This document shows positions 28,577 to 38,435 of a stretch of 64,000 nucleotides of DNA, piece by piece (within the stretch, counting starts at the first letter, position 1; every line of letters begins with the position of its first letter). Position numbers and translations under genes: made by a program. The DNA comes from an uncultured Nitrospiraceae bacterium (GTDB lineage Bacteria; Nitrospirota; Thermodesulfovibrionia; Thermodesulfovibrionales; SM23-35). The stretch is from positions 214,988 to 278,987 of the forward strand of contig CAVRAA010000006.1 of assembly GCA_963718855.1 (NCBI GenBank), read 5' to 3'. Under the pieces are notes generated by a model. The model worked only from the letters and a program-made list of their open reading frames with translations. It was not told where the DNA came from and did no database searches.

Positions 28577-30571
28577 TTATGTATCCAATACCTCTCTGAC
28601 TTTGGCGAGCAGTTCCCCCGGTGCAACAGGTTTAGAGATAAAGTTCAATCCAACCTCCAACATCCCCTTTTTATGAATGACGTCTTCGTTATATCCACTT
28701 ATAAAAATAACTTTTATATCAGGCCTCATCTGGATTATCTTTTTGTATGTTTCTTTTCCATTCATCTTCGGCATTATAACGTCGAGGATAAGGAGATTGA
28801 TGTCGTCTCTCTTCTTGTGAAATACCTCTACGGCTTCACTGCCGTCAGATACTTCGTTCACGTGATACCCTGCCTTTGAGAGTATTTCTTTCAGGAGGTT
28901 CCTCACCTGAGCATCATCCTCCGCAAGGAGTATTGTTTCAGTGCCGCTTTGTACCTTGAGAGAGTCCCCATGTTTTATTTCTTCAGCCTTTGTTTGAATG
29001 AGCGGTAATAATATCCTGAAGGTTGTGCCTCTTCCAGGTTCACTGTATACATTGATATATCCATCATGCTGCTTGATGATCCCATATACCATTGAAAGAC
29101 CGAGCCCCGTGCCTTTGCCGACTTCCTTCGTGGTAAAAAAAGGCTCAAAGATCCTTTCCTTTGTCTTTTCATCCATGCCGGTCCCTGTGTCTTCCACTGA
29201 CAGGAGGGCATAATCCCCCGGTCTTCCATACCCATATGCCTCGACATACTCGATGTCTAATTCCATTTTGTCTGTGCGGATAGTTACTCTCCCTCCCGAC
29301 GGCATCGCATCCTGCGCGTTTGTGGCGAGGTTCATGAGTATCTGATCGATCTGGGTACTGTCAGCCATAATAGTCAGGTCAGCATCTGTCAAAACGGTAG
29401 ATAGCTCTATATCCTCACCGATGACCCTCGATAAAAGGCTTTCCATATTTTTAATGATCGTGTTCAGATTGACCGGCTGAGGATTCATAATCTGTTTCCT
29501 GCTGAAGGTCAGGAGGTCATTTGTTAAACTAGCAGCCCTATCGGCAGCGGTTAAGATGTGCCCCACATAAGCGCTCATGATGGCATCATGGCGCGCATCA
29601 TTTTTCAAAAGATGTCCATACCCTATGATTGCCGTGAGGAGATTGTTAAAATCGTGGGCAATCCCCCCTGCAAGCTGACCTATGGCCTCCATCTTCTGCG
29701 CCTGAAGGAGCTGTTCTTCTATTTTTTTCTGATGGGTAATATCTCTCAAAAAACTGAGCGTTGCAGGCCTTCCCTCCCATGTAATGAGTACCTTATTGAC
29801 CTCGACCCACAATATCTCCCCTGATTTTGTTATGGCCCTGAAGGAATAGACTGTTGGAACATCATGCCCCTGCAGCCTGCTTTTGTGTCTTTCCACGACC
29901 ATGGCACTGTCATCAGGATGAATGAAATTCCTGAAAGGCGTGCTGGTCAATTCCTCATATGAATAACCCAGGAGACGGGACAGCTGGGGATTGGGAAACT
30001 GCAGCATTTCATCCTGTGCAACAAAAATAGCGTCTGTTGCATTCTCGAAAAGGAGACGGTATCTTTCCTCTGAGACCCTCAGCGCCTTTTCAGCATGTCT
30101 GCGCTCGGTGATGTCCCTGCAAAGAGTCAGGATGTTGACTGTTTTTCCCTTCTTCAAAACAGTAGCATTTATCTCGACAGGGGTCACCTGTCCAATTTCC
30201 TTTTTATAGTCGATTTCGAGAGCTTTGACGCAACCGGTCTCCAGGCACTTTTTCACCTCTTCAGCATTTCGCCCGATATCGTATTCAGCTGTCCAATCGA
30301 GTACGCTTTTCCCGATGATATCATCGAGTGAGGTATGACCCGTCAGTCTAACATACTCCATGTTGGCGTCAATCACTCTCCCCTGGATATCCAGAATGAC
30401 ATAACCGGTGCTGGTTGTCTCAATAAGGGCTTTGTATCTCTCTTCACTATCACGCAACTCCTCATCCGATTGTTGGTGCTCTGCATCTGATTTCTCCAGT
30501 TCACTGATACGCTGCCGCAGTTCGGCAAGTTCCTTGATGAGGCGCTCTATTTCGGTATTGTGGTCTTTCAT
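28577..30571 (-). CDS. Hybrid sensor histidine kinase: coiled coil-PAS-PAS-HisKA-HATPase-REC
   Basis: Two PAS domains, H-box IAHDFNNLLT, HATPase (NLATNAQDAM, DTGTGM, GTGLGLSMVYG), and a receiver (ILLAEDD...LDVIMPKMNG). ATG 30571 chosen. The first 59 codons of the track ORF were rejected. Confidence 0.85.
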   Translation of the reverse strand: MKDHNTEIERLIKELAELRQRISELEKSDAEHQQSDEELRDSEERYKALIETTSTGYVILDIQGRVIDANMEYVRLTGHTSLDDIIGKSVLDWTAEYDIGRNAEEVKKCLETGCVKALEIDYKKEIGQVTPVEINATVLKKGKTVNILTLCRDITERRHAEKALRVSEERYRLLFENATDAIFVAQDEMLQFPNPQLSRLLGYSYEELTSTPFRNFIHPDDSAMVVERHKSRLQGHDVPTVYSFRAITKSGEILWVEVNKVLITWEGRPATLSFLRDITHQKKIEEQLLQAQKMEAIGQLAGGIAHDFNNLLTAIIGYGHLLKNDARHDAIMSAYVGHILTAADRAASLTNDLLTFSRKQIMNPQPVNLNTIIKNMESLLSRVIGEDIELSTVLTDADLTIMADSTQIDQILMNLATNAQDAMPSGGRVTIRTDKMELDIEYVEAYGYGRPGDYALLSVEDTGTGMDEKTKERIFEPFFTTKEVGKGTGLGLSMVYGIIKQHDGYINVYSEPGRGTTFRILLPLIQTKAEEIKHGDSLKVQSGTETILLAEDDAQVRNLLKEILSKAGYHVNEVSDGSEAVEVFHKKRDDINLLILDVIMPKMNGKETYKKIIQMRPDIKVIFISGYNEDVIHKKGMLEVGLNFISKPVAPGELLAKVREVLDT

Positions 30572-30610
30572 TGTACGGTAATTGTAATCCCACTCAGCAG
30601 GAATTGCAAT

Positions 30611-30646
30611 GAATCGAATTGATTGTGTCAAGAAGCGAATTGATTG
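30611..30646. promoter_or_regulatory. Two direct repeats GAAnCGAATTGATTG spaced 21 bp, 40-75 nt upstream of the kinase start
   Basis: Copies at 30611-30625 and 30632-30646, identical in 14 of 15 positions. Confidence 0.35.
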
Positions 30647-30774
30647 ATAAAACCATATGAAATGAATTGCCTGCTTGCGTTGGGAATCTATTCGAAATAC
30701 AGGTATTGTCTGAAAATAGCAGGTGTCATTGATGAGTGAGCCGGTCAACGGGGAAAGAAAGCAACATGATCACG

Positions 30775-31025
30775 TTACAGTATTATTAATTCTGCGCTTC
30801 TGTTTTGAAACTCTGTATTTCGCTTTCTGTTGAAAGCGCCCATACTGTCAGTGGAAACTACTTTCCAATAATACGTTGTCTGCCGCTTGAGACCTGATGC
30901 TTTATAGGTGACCTCATCGAAAGACCCGGATTTAACATTATTCCCTCCGCTGCCACCTCCACCGCAGGAAATGAGAAACGCAATCGTCAAAACAGGCAGT
31001 GCAACAGCCGATGAGATTCTCGCAT
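30775..31025 (-). pseudogene. Small lipoprotein with Fn3-like domain, at least two frame interruptions
   Basis: ATG at 31025, then after a shift RISSAVALPVLTIAFLISCGGGGSGG (lipobox), TTYYWKVVSTD. The C-terminus TESEIQSFKTEAQN-stop is in another frame, ending at 30786. Confidence 0.4.
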
Positions 31026-31038
31026 CTTGATCGAACTA

Positions 31039-32256
31039 TCACAGGTGACAGAAAAAACCCGCATATACTCAACAGAATAAAAGAGCCGCCGATGCCTGCA
31101 TATGAAATTTCCTTGTTTATAAATGAGGTCATAAGCAACGGAGAACAACCGTTGAAATTTGTATTATCACAGAGATAAAGCTGATAACTGATCGCATCAT
31201 TCTCAGGGTCGATACTTTCCTCCCACCGTAAAGTTACGGATGATCCCGAAACGTTCTGGTTGTTTAATGGAAAAATGAGTTTGGGCTGAGAGGGAGATCA
31301 TTGCTGACAACGCAAGGGGATCTGATTGGACAATGCCCTGGGGACCAATAGCAACAAAAGTGCCTTTCCCGTAGGTGACCCGCCAGAGAGTAGCCTGCGG
31401 GTGTTTTTACAGACCAGTTTGTTCCGTCAAGAGAAGTCAGTATGCATTGATTGGCTGATCCGACGGCTACGAAAATGTTATTCCCGTAAGCGATATCGTC
31501 TATATCTTGAACACAGGGAGCAGGAAATTGGTCATTCAGACGCTGAACAGTCCAATCGGTGCCATTAGGCGTGGTCCAGAGCTGGCCGAAAAAGTCCCGG
31601 TATAAAAGGAGTCTTCCGACAAATATCAGAGGCCCTAATGAGGGCTTCGTTCCCTGTGAAATCCTGGTCCAATGGATGCCGTCATGGATGTAAGGATTAC
31701 CTCGGCTGAAGGAACGGAAGACTGACCCTACAATCAAATAAGTATCATTGCCGAATGCGGCATCATTGAGAAATTCATTCATCGGAAAGGGCGTGCGGTC
31801 AGTCCACGTTATTCCGTCCGGCGAGGTAAGAATGGTTCCCGGGGCTCCTCCTACCGCAATAAACAGACCTTTTATATATCTTACATTCGCGAGCACTGCG
31901 TCGCTTCCGGATTTCCTTGAAGTCCATGTCATTCCATCCGGCGAGGTGAGAATTTTCCGGACCGTCCGACAGCCACATAGATATTTTTTCCGTAGGTAAT
32001 CCTGAAAGGCCTTCCGATGTGCCGGATTCTCCGGGAGTCCAATTCGTACCGTCAGGCGAGGTATAAAATAATCCCATTTACTCCGACTACAACAAAGAGG
32101 CCGTTACCAAAGGTTATGCCGTCGAGGCGCGTTATCTTCTGAGAAGACTTTTCTCACCTGCCAATTGTCAAGAGGGTCGGCATTTGCACTGAAGGGAATA
32201 TACATTGACAATGCAAAAATAAGGAAGAAAGAAAAGGCCTTAAGCGTCTTCATCAT
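31039..32256 (-). pseudogene. Secreted beta-propeller repeat protein (repeat unit G.TYG...FVAVG..G.ILTS.DG..WT) with C-terminal Fn3-like region and TM anchor; at least 4 frame interruptions
   Basis: The signal peptide MMKTLKAFSFFLIFALSMYIPFSANA and the repeats are spread over ORFs 32104..32313, 31799..32077, 31264..31932 and 30938..31138, in different frames. Confidence 0.5.
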
Positions 32257-32380
32257 AGTATCCATTGGGGTGTTCATTGTGATAAACATATAGCATATAA
32301 TAATGTTTGTCAAGCCAATCTAAATGAGTGTAAATAAGAGTGAATTCAGTGGTAATTGAGATATGCAGGATAATGCACCT

Positions 32381-33527
32381 TCAAAGCCCCATGATTTCAA
32401 ATAGTCTTACGATAATGGTATTTGAAATCACAATCCCTTTTCGTGTGAGTCTCAGAAAATCGCCAGAACGTTCGAGATATCCCTCGGCGATAAGTTCTTG
32501 GCTTGCATGGGAAAGTCTTTTTTGGGCTGATAGACCGGTGTCCACGCCGAGAGGCATTGGTTGAATTTGATGCCTTCTGTTTTTCTCAGCCCAAGGAATA
32601 TGTATTCTTTTAAGGCGTCTTCAGGAGTGAGCTTCATTGACTGAATCTCCGGGATATGACCGTGATTCAACTTTGCACTATATTCGTTAATATCGGTCGT
32701 ATTGATTGAACGTACGGCACTGATGAAGGAATGCGCTCCGGCGCCTGCTCCGATGTAATCTCCTCTGTTCCAGTAGTTGAGGTTGTGGACGCATTGAAAT
32801 TCAGGCCTTGCGAAGTTAGAGATCTCATAATGCGTATATCCACTGCCTGCAAGATAATCGATTGCATAATTATACATTTCCAAGGACCAGCTCTTCATGC
32901 AGCATGGTGATTGTATGTGATTTGATTAATGGATAGAGTGGCGTGTTTTCCTCAGGCGTCAGTTCATACGCAGAAATATGAGACGGCGACAATTCTGCTG
33001 CTTTTGTCAAAGAGTTCTTCCATGATTCCATTGTCTGACCGGGGATTCCGTACATCAGGTCGATCGAGAAATTTGTCAATCCCGCTGTCTTTATCAACTC
33101 AATCGATCTCAGTGCTTCCTCCGATGAATGAATTCTTCCAAGCACAGCCAGTTCCCTGTCACTGAATGACTGAACGCCGACACTCAGCCTGTTCACTTCG
33201 AGCGACAGCAATGTTTCGATCTTCGCCGCGTCGATCGTTCCGGGGTTCGCCTCGACGGTTATCTCAATTTCAGGGGAGAAGCGGTAGTTGTGTTTTCAGA
33301 CACGCGAAGATCTGCCTGAAACATTCATCGGGAAGGAGGGTAGGGGTGCCGCCCCCGAAATAGACGGTCTTTAGTATACCTGCATGGTCTTTCTTCAGGG
33401 ACAGTTCTTCGCATAATGCCTCAACATACCTATTTATTGACGACTCGTCATAGGGCACGGAGAAGAAATCGCAGTAGATACATTTCCTAACGCAGAAGGG
33501 GATGTGGATATAGAGGTAATCGGCCAT
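32381..33527 (-). pseudogene. hemW: Radical SAM heme chaperone/coproporphyrinogen III oxidase-like protein (HemW/HemN family), about 3 frame interruptions
   Basis: YIHIPFCVRKCIYCDF (CxxxCxxC), GGGTPT, LSVGVQSF, HISAYELT, NYWNRGDYIGAGAGAHS. The C-terminus LTRKGIVISNTII is in a further frame. The pieces are ORFs 33270..33527, 32870..33211 and 32452..32898. Confidence 0.75.
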
Positions 33528-33606
33528 AGCAGTATTCTAAAGCAAGATGTTACATTCCTGCAGGGTGTATTTGGCACGAAGATACGTTTAATGTAGTTAA
33601 ACGATA

Positions 33607-33747
33607 ATTAGTAAACCGGCAAACTAATACTTCAAAAAATCGTCATTGTCCGGCTTGACCGGACAATCCAGAACCTATTGAAAAAACTGGATTCCCCGAT
33701 CAAGTCGGGGAATGACAGAGTTCATATATTTACTTGTGGGTTTAATA
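33607..33747 (+). repeat. MITE-like nested-palindrome element, full copy
   Basis: About 140 bp, nearly identical to 45508-45660. Two internal hairpins (CATTGTCCGG-CTTGA-CCGGACAATC and TTCCCCGA-TCAAG-TCGGGGAA) and AAACCGGCAA-type termini. Confidence 0.75.
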
Positions 33748-33821
33748 GATGGAAAGATCCTTATTTAAGAGGATGTATTCCAGGTATACTTTATAGCGCG
33801 TTAGACAGCACCATATGACTA

Positions 33822-34100
33822 TCAGCTCAGATGTTTATTGACTAATTTAGTCATCTCGAACATTGAGACTTGCTTCTTTCCGTCGAATACCGCCAAGAGG
33901 TTTTCGTCAGCATTGATATTCCTCTTATTCTCTGCATCCTGGAGGTTGTTCTTCTTTATATAGTCCCAAAGCTTTTTGGTCATTTCTGACCGTGGCAAGG
34001 GTTCCTTCCCCACTATCTTAGCCAGCGCATCGCTGGGTTTCATAGCTTTCATAAATGCTGAGTTAGGGTTCACAGCTCTTTTCTTCTTCTCTTCCATCAT
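33822..34100 (-). CDS. SWIB/MDM2 domain protein
   Basis: 92 aa. ...LAKIVGKEPLPRSEMTKKLWDYIKKNNLQD...NINADENLLAVFG...VSMFEMTKLVNKHL is the typical SWIB pattern. Confidence 0.8.
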   Translation of the reverse strand: MMEEKKKRAVNPNSAFMKAMKPSDALAKIVGKEPLPRSEMTKKLWDYIKKNNLQDAENKRNINADENLLAVFDGKKQVSMFEMTKLVNKHLS

Positions 34101-34273
34101 TCTTCTCCTTATGGTTACGGATCTATAATCTGAATTCCTGAGTTTCAGGATGCACGCCTTTAAGAGTATACACTAATTCGCCAAATCCAGACATTCTTAT
34201 ATCGAACAGGATCGCTCAAGGTCTATCCGGATCTCAGCCGGCGGGTGCGAGGCAAATGTCTCTCTCCTTTTTC

Positions 34274-34639
34274 TTAATATACCCGCTTTATAGGGTTGCG
34301 TTTTTTGTTTTTTATCATCTCGTTGTTTTTATCCAGCATTTTGTCCAGGCGTTTCTGTTCATTCTGAGTCAGTCTGCCGTCAGTTGTCATCCGTGCATAT
34401 CTGTCCCTTATCCAGCTTAAATTGTCCTGCAGTATCCCTGCCTCCTTCCGGGTCAACTTGCCGGATTTTATATCCTGATTGATGCGCCTCTGCTGGTTTT
34501 CGATTCGTTCATAAAACATGCCCTGCTTATTATTATAGGCAGACCTCTCCTGATAAACAGGCTCCTGGCTCGATACAACACACGATGCGACCATAGACAA
34601 CAGACCGAGAACAATGAAAAGAAAAGATGTTTTTTTCAT
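34274..34639 (-). CDS. Hypothetical lipoprotein
   Basis: Signal peptide with lipobox MVASC. Charged helical remainder. Confidence 0.55.
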   Translation of the reverse strand: MKKTSFLFIVLGLLSMVASCVVSSQEPVYQERSAYNNKQGMFYERIENQQRRINQDIKSGKLTRKEAGILQDNLSWIRDRYARMTTDGRLTQNEQKRLDKMLDKNNEMIKNKKRNPIKRVY

Positions 34640-34799
34640 GATTTCCTCCTTTTAATAAAATGGTAGCCGAAATGAAGGCGAGTTGCAAATCCTGCAATAA
34701 CGACATCGCCAACGTTGTCGCAATGTTTCTTCTATTTTTTTACGTCAAATCCTTCAAGCGATTTCTGAAGAAATAGCGCTGAAGCAGTTTCTTTCTTTC

Positions 34800-35000
34800 T
34801 TCCTCCTACATACAGATGTGATATAAAAAGAGAAGGGTAAGGCAGGAGAGCTTAGTACTTCCTGGGTCTCTGAACCCTTGCTACAGTCTGTTCCCTGCCT
34901 CCTTAAGCCATGATAAGTTGATTGGGTCTTGAACCCTCGTAACGCGGGAGGATTGGCTTGGAGGCATACCCTGCCTGATCCTGGAGAAAACCAAGAGGAG
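34800..35000 (+). ncRNA. Candidate IS110 bridge (guide) RNA in the 5' leader
   Basis: Internally duplicated modules GGGTCTCTGAACCC (34864-34877) / GGGTCTTGAACCC (34924-34936) and CCCTGCCT (34893-34900, 34969-34976), with complementary AGGCAGG at 34840-34846. The location matches published IS110 bridge RNAs. Confidence 0.35.
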
Positions 35001-35007
35001 GTATTGT

Positions 35008-36192
35008 ATGGGAAAAATGTATGTGGGAATCGATATCGCAAAGGATAAGTCCTCTGCATATGGTATCGAAGAGAGCGGGAGAAGTCTTTTCGAGCTAACA
35101 TTTACGATGGATGGCGCCGGGTTTGCTGCACTCCTAAAGGCAATTGAGGCAAATGGCGGCAGCACAGGGAATGTCGTCGCTGCAATGGAATCTACGGCGT
35201 GCTATCACATTAACCTGTATTCATTTCTTTCAGCAAAGGGGATCGAGGCTGTCATTATAAACCCGCTTCTCATTGCAAACTACGCCAAGCTCTCGTTGAG
35301 AAAAACAAAGACAGACAAGAAGGATGCAAAAACCATAGCCCAGTTTATCCTTGCGCATAAGGATTCAGTAACACAGCTTGCCATTTCTCAGGATATGCAG
35401 GATATGAGAGACATGGCCAGGGAGCGAGAATCTCTGTGCCATCAAATATCGGCAGCAAAGGTGGAGATACAGCGGGTTTTACAGACAACATTTCCCGAGT
35501 TAGCGGCCATGACCAATCCGCTTACGAAGGTAATGTTACATTTCATCCAGCGATTTCCTTCTGCGCGTCTGGTGAGCATCGCAAAGCCAAGGGTTATCGA
35601 AAAAACACTCAAGGAGAAGCCATGCAGTTGCCGGCTACGGTTTACTCCGAAGGACCTTATAGAAGCGGCCCGCACATCGATTGCAACGGTAAGCCCGGCA
35701 AAAGAGCTTATTCTGTCAGGGAAGATTGAGACACTTGTACATCTTCAGAAGAGACGTGATGAACTCACAAAGGCACTTACAAAGTATTGCGAATCGACGA
35801 TTGTAGAGGATCTGCGCATTGTGACCTCTATTTCCGGCATCAACAACATTATGGCTACCGCACTGCTGGCAGAAATTGGGCAGATCGGCAATTATCTTTC
35901 ACACAAACACTTGATTGCATTTGCAGGTATTGATCCGACAGTGTATCAGTCAGGCAAATATGAAGGGGCAAGCAGGATATCCAAGAGGGGGAATCGTCAT
36001 CTCAGGAGAGTTATATGGCTCATGACGATCAGTGTCATCCACCATAATTCTGTATTCAAAAATTACTTTTTAAAGAGACGCAACGACGGACAACCGTTTA
36101 AGAAGGCCGTCTTTGCAACAGCTCATAAGCTTATGAGAGTTATCTTCGCAATGTTATCGAAGAAAACTTCTTTTGTAGCGGAGTGCGTATAG
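35008..36192 (+). CDS. IS110 family transposase/recombinase
   Basis: MYVGIDIAKD (DEDD N-terminal motif), ESTACYH, and the C-terminal Transposase_20 region (GID..TA..LLAEIG, SGK...ISKRGN..LR). RBS GGAGG. Confidence 0.85.
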   Translation: MGKMYVGIDIAKDKSSAYGIEESGRSLFELTFTMDGAGFAALLKAIEANGGSTGNVVAAMESTACYHINLYSFLSAKGIEAVIINPLLIANYAKLSLRKTKTDKKDAKTIAQFILAHKDSVTQLAISQDMQDMRDMARERESLCHQISAAKVEIQRVLQTTFPELAAMTNPLTKVMLHFIQRFPSARLVSIAKPRVIEKTLKEKPCSCRLRFTPKDLIEAARTSIATVSPAKELILSGKIETLVHLQKRRDELTKALTKYCESTIVEDLRIVTSISGINNIMATALLAEIGQIGNYLSHKHLIAFAGIDPTVYQSGKYEGASRISKRGNRHLRRVIWLMTISVIHHNSVFKNYFLKRRNDGQPFKKAVFATAHKLMRVIFAMLSKKTSFVAECV

Positions 36193-36271
36193 TTGACTGT
36201 AACACTCCGCCATCAATCCTGATATAATTGTGCATAGTACGACAGCAAATCAATAGCGGGAAGACTTCTCA

Positions 36272-36790
36272 TTGGGGGAGATTAAATCAGTGCCTAACCA
36301 AGATCAAGAAGAACTTAGGAAAGACAAAAGATTTCATTTTAGGGAGGATATATCTATAGATGGTGCGCGGTGTACGTGTATGGATATTAGTGAAAGCGGA
36401 ATATATGTTGCAGCCCAATATTTTGCAACGGGTGACATAGTTGATATAACTTTGCCTTTCAAGGGCAGACATATAACCATTAAAGGACAAGTCCACCATT
36501 GCGAAAATGGATTTGGAGCCGGTATCAATTTCATAGACTTAAACGACGATAATAGAGTCATAATTAAACAATTAATCGACAGCCTCAGCAAAACGTACAT
36601 ATCGAATCCAATTAACGATGTTGATAATGCTTCTCATATCTCCTTATCAATGTATAAGCAAAATATCATTTTAGAGACTCTTATTGCTCTATTAAATAAG
36701 AAACAAATAATAAGTGAAGAGGAATTACTTTCTGAGTTGAAGAAAAAACCAAATATGAATCAAAGACAAAGGGGTAAAAGAAGGAAATAA
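36272..36790 (+). CDS. PilZ domain protein (start may be GTG 36290)
   Basis: RKDKRF (RxxxR) and DISESG (DxSxxG) c-di-GMP binding motifs. Lys-rich tail. AT-rich gene. Confidence 0.7.
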   Translation: MGEIKSVPNQDQEELRKDKRFHFREDISIDGARCTCMDISESGIYVAAQYFATGDIVDITLPFKGRHITIKGQVHHCENGFGAGINFIDLNDDNRVIIKQLIDSLSKTYISNPINDVDNASHISLSMYKQNIILETLIALLNKKQIISEEELLSELKKKPNMNQRQRGKRRK

Positions 36791-36862
36791 TCCTTCCTGA
36801 TAGCCAAGGAGAACGCATTTTGCTAAAATAGTCTATATTTCTAACCGAAATCAATAATAGCA

Positions 36863-37189
36863 ATGGATAACCAAGCGCAAAGAGGACAGAGACAATATGA
36901 ACGATATCCCTTCAGGGAAGATATCTTGATAGATGGGAGAAAGAAAGCGTATAGTCAGAATATTTGTGAAACAGGTATGTTTGTGAGTACTCTTCACCCA
37001 CCTCAACAAGGAAGTGTGATTCATGTAACTATCCCCTCAAATTTGACGGTGAAAGCAGAGGTCAATAATTCACAACCGGGGATTGGAATTGGCATCGAGT
37101 TTATTGATTTAAGTGATGATCAGAAGAGAGAGATTAAACAACTGATCGAAGACATCAAGCGTGGCGACTCTAAACATTCAACTCAGTAA
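36863..37189 (+). CDS. PilZ domain protein, paralog of 36272..36790
   Basis: RQYERYPFRED (RxxxR) and NICETG. Shares the ...G.GI.FIDL.DD....IKQLI... block with the upstream gene. Confidence 0.7.
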   Translation: MDNQAQRGQRQYERYPFREDILIDGRKKAYSQNICETGMFVSTLHPPQQGSVIHVTIPSNLTVKAEVNNSQPGIGIGIEFIDLSDDQKREIKQLIEDIKRGDSKHSTQ

Positions 37190-37308
37190 TTCACATTGAC
37201 TCCTTCCTGTTATAAACACACTATAATGTATTGATAGGGGGTAAACCAGAGGTGGCCGGGTTTGTTTGGACAACCTAAAGCAGTTTTTAAGTGATAAGCT
37301 ACTCCGGT

Positions 37309-38139
37309 TCATGCCGCTACCTCTATCTGAGGTAGTGTACTCCAGTAAACCTCATCCGGCGTCCTGTCGTCAAGCCCTTGATGACGCCGCTTCTGATTAT
37401 AAAACTCGAAATACGCTGCAAGTCCTCGCCTGGCCTCGGTAAGAGAACCGTAGGCCTTCAGATACACTTCTTCATACTTCACGCTTCTCCACAGTCTTTC
37501 TATGAAGACATTGTCTATCCAGCGTCCTCTGCTATCCATACTGATATTGATACCGTGTGTGTCGAGGATTTCTATAAAAGCGCCTGAGGTGAACTGACTG
37601 CCCTGATCGGTATTGAATATCTCCGGTATTCCATGCTTGCTGATTGCTTCTTCAAGCGCTTCTGTGCAGAACGAGGCATCCAGTGTGTTTGATAGCCGCC
37701 ACGCCAGTACCCGACGGCTTGCCCAGTCCATGACCGCCATGAGATAGCAGAACCCTCTGGCCATCGGTAGATATGTAATGTCTGCCGCCCAGCAATGATT
37801 GGCTCTGTTGATCTCCACGCCACGCAGCAGATACGGATATACTTTATGATCCGGATGAGGAGCTGAGAGACGAGGCTTCTGGTATAAAGCCCTTATCCCC
37901 ATCTTCTGCATGAGCGTAGTTACATGTCCGCGTCCTACTTCGTGGCCGAGGTCCCGAAGCTCGTTGCGCATCCTCCGACTGCCGTAGAATGGATACTTCA
38001 GGTGAATCTCGTCGATCAGACGCATAAGTTCCAGATCACGCTCGCTGACTGAGACTGCCTTGTAGGAGAGGCTTGACCGGGAGAGACCAAGAATCCTGCC
38101 CTGCTGGATCAATGGCAATGCATGCTCCGGCTCTATCAT
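37309..38139 (-). CDS. IS3 family transposase OrfB (rve/DDE integrase domain)
   Basis: Typical IS3 OrfB sequence (WAADITY, NTDQGSQFTS, ERLWRSVKYEEVY). Lies in the -1 frame relative to OrfA. Confidence 0.85.
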   Translation of the reverse strand: MIEPEHALPLIQQGRILGLSRSSLSYKAVSVSERDLELMRLIDEIHLKYPFYGSRRMRNELRDLGHEVGRGHVTTLMQKMGIRALYQKPRLSAPHPDHKVYPYLLRGVEINRANHCWAADITYLPMARGFCYLMAVMDWASRRVLAWRLSNTLDASFCTEALEEAISKHGIPEIFNTDQGSQFTSGAFIEILDTHGINISMDSRGRWIDNVFIERLWRSVKYEEVYLKAYGSLTEARRGLAAYFEFYNQKRRHQGLDDRTPDEVYWSTLPQIEVAA

Positions 38140-38435
38140 TTTCTTGCGCTCGGCTCGCCTATTCGCCCGAGCGCGACTGATAAAAAATCGTTCTCCATGG
38201 CAAGTTGTCCAATCTTGGCATGGAGTTCCTTGATACTCGGACCCTCTGTGTTCTTCTTATCCCTGGAAAACACTTCCTCTGCCCGTTCCAAAAGCTGCTT
38301 CTTCCACTCTGTGATCTGGTTCGGATGCACCTGGAAGCGTTCTGCTAACTCAACGAGGGTCTGTTCTCCTTTGATTGCTTCTAATGCCACTTTTGCTTTG
38401 AATGTTGCCCCGTGGTTCCTTCTCGGTCTTTTCAT
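38136..38435 (-). CDS. IS3 family transposase OrfA (HTH)
   Basis: MKRPRRNHGATFKAKVALEAIKGEQTLVELAERFQVHPNQITEWKK is a typical IS3 OrfA. The slippery T TTT TTA sits at 38187-38181 in the zero frame. Confidence 0.85.
   Translation of the reverse strand: MKRPRRNHGATFKAKVALEAIKGEQTLVELAERFQVHPNQITEWKKQLLERAEEVFSRDKKNTEGPSIKELHAKIGQLAMENDFLSVALGRIGEPSARK

Larger units (their letters stand above)
34750..36265 (+). mobile_element. IS110-family insertion sequence (boundaries approximate)
   Basis: DEDD-type transposase preceded by a non-coding leader of about 260 nt. No terminal inverted repeats are expected for this family. The ends could not be determined from one copy. Confidence 0.7.

Noticed and set aside
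36193-36228. TTGACT ... TATAAT as a conventional promoter for the first PilZ gene.
   Set aside because: The spacer is 24 nt, too long for a sigma70 promoter. The TTGACT may instead be an IS110 outward or junction -35 element, which is speculative.
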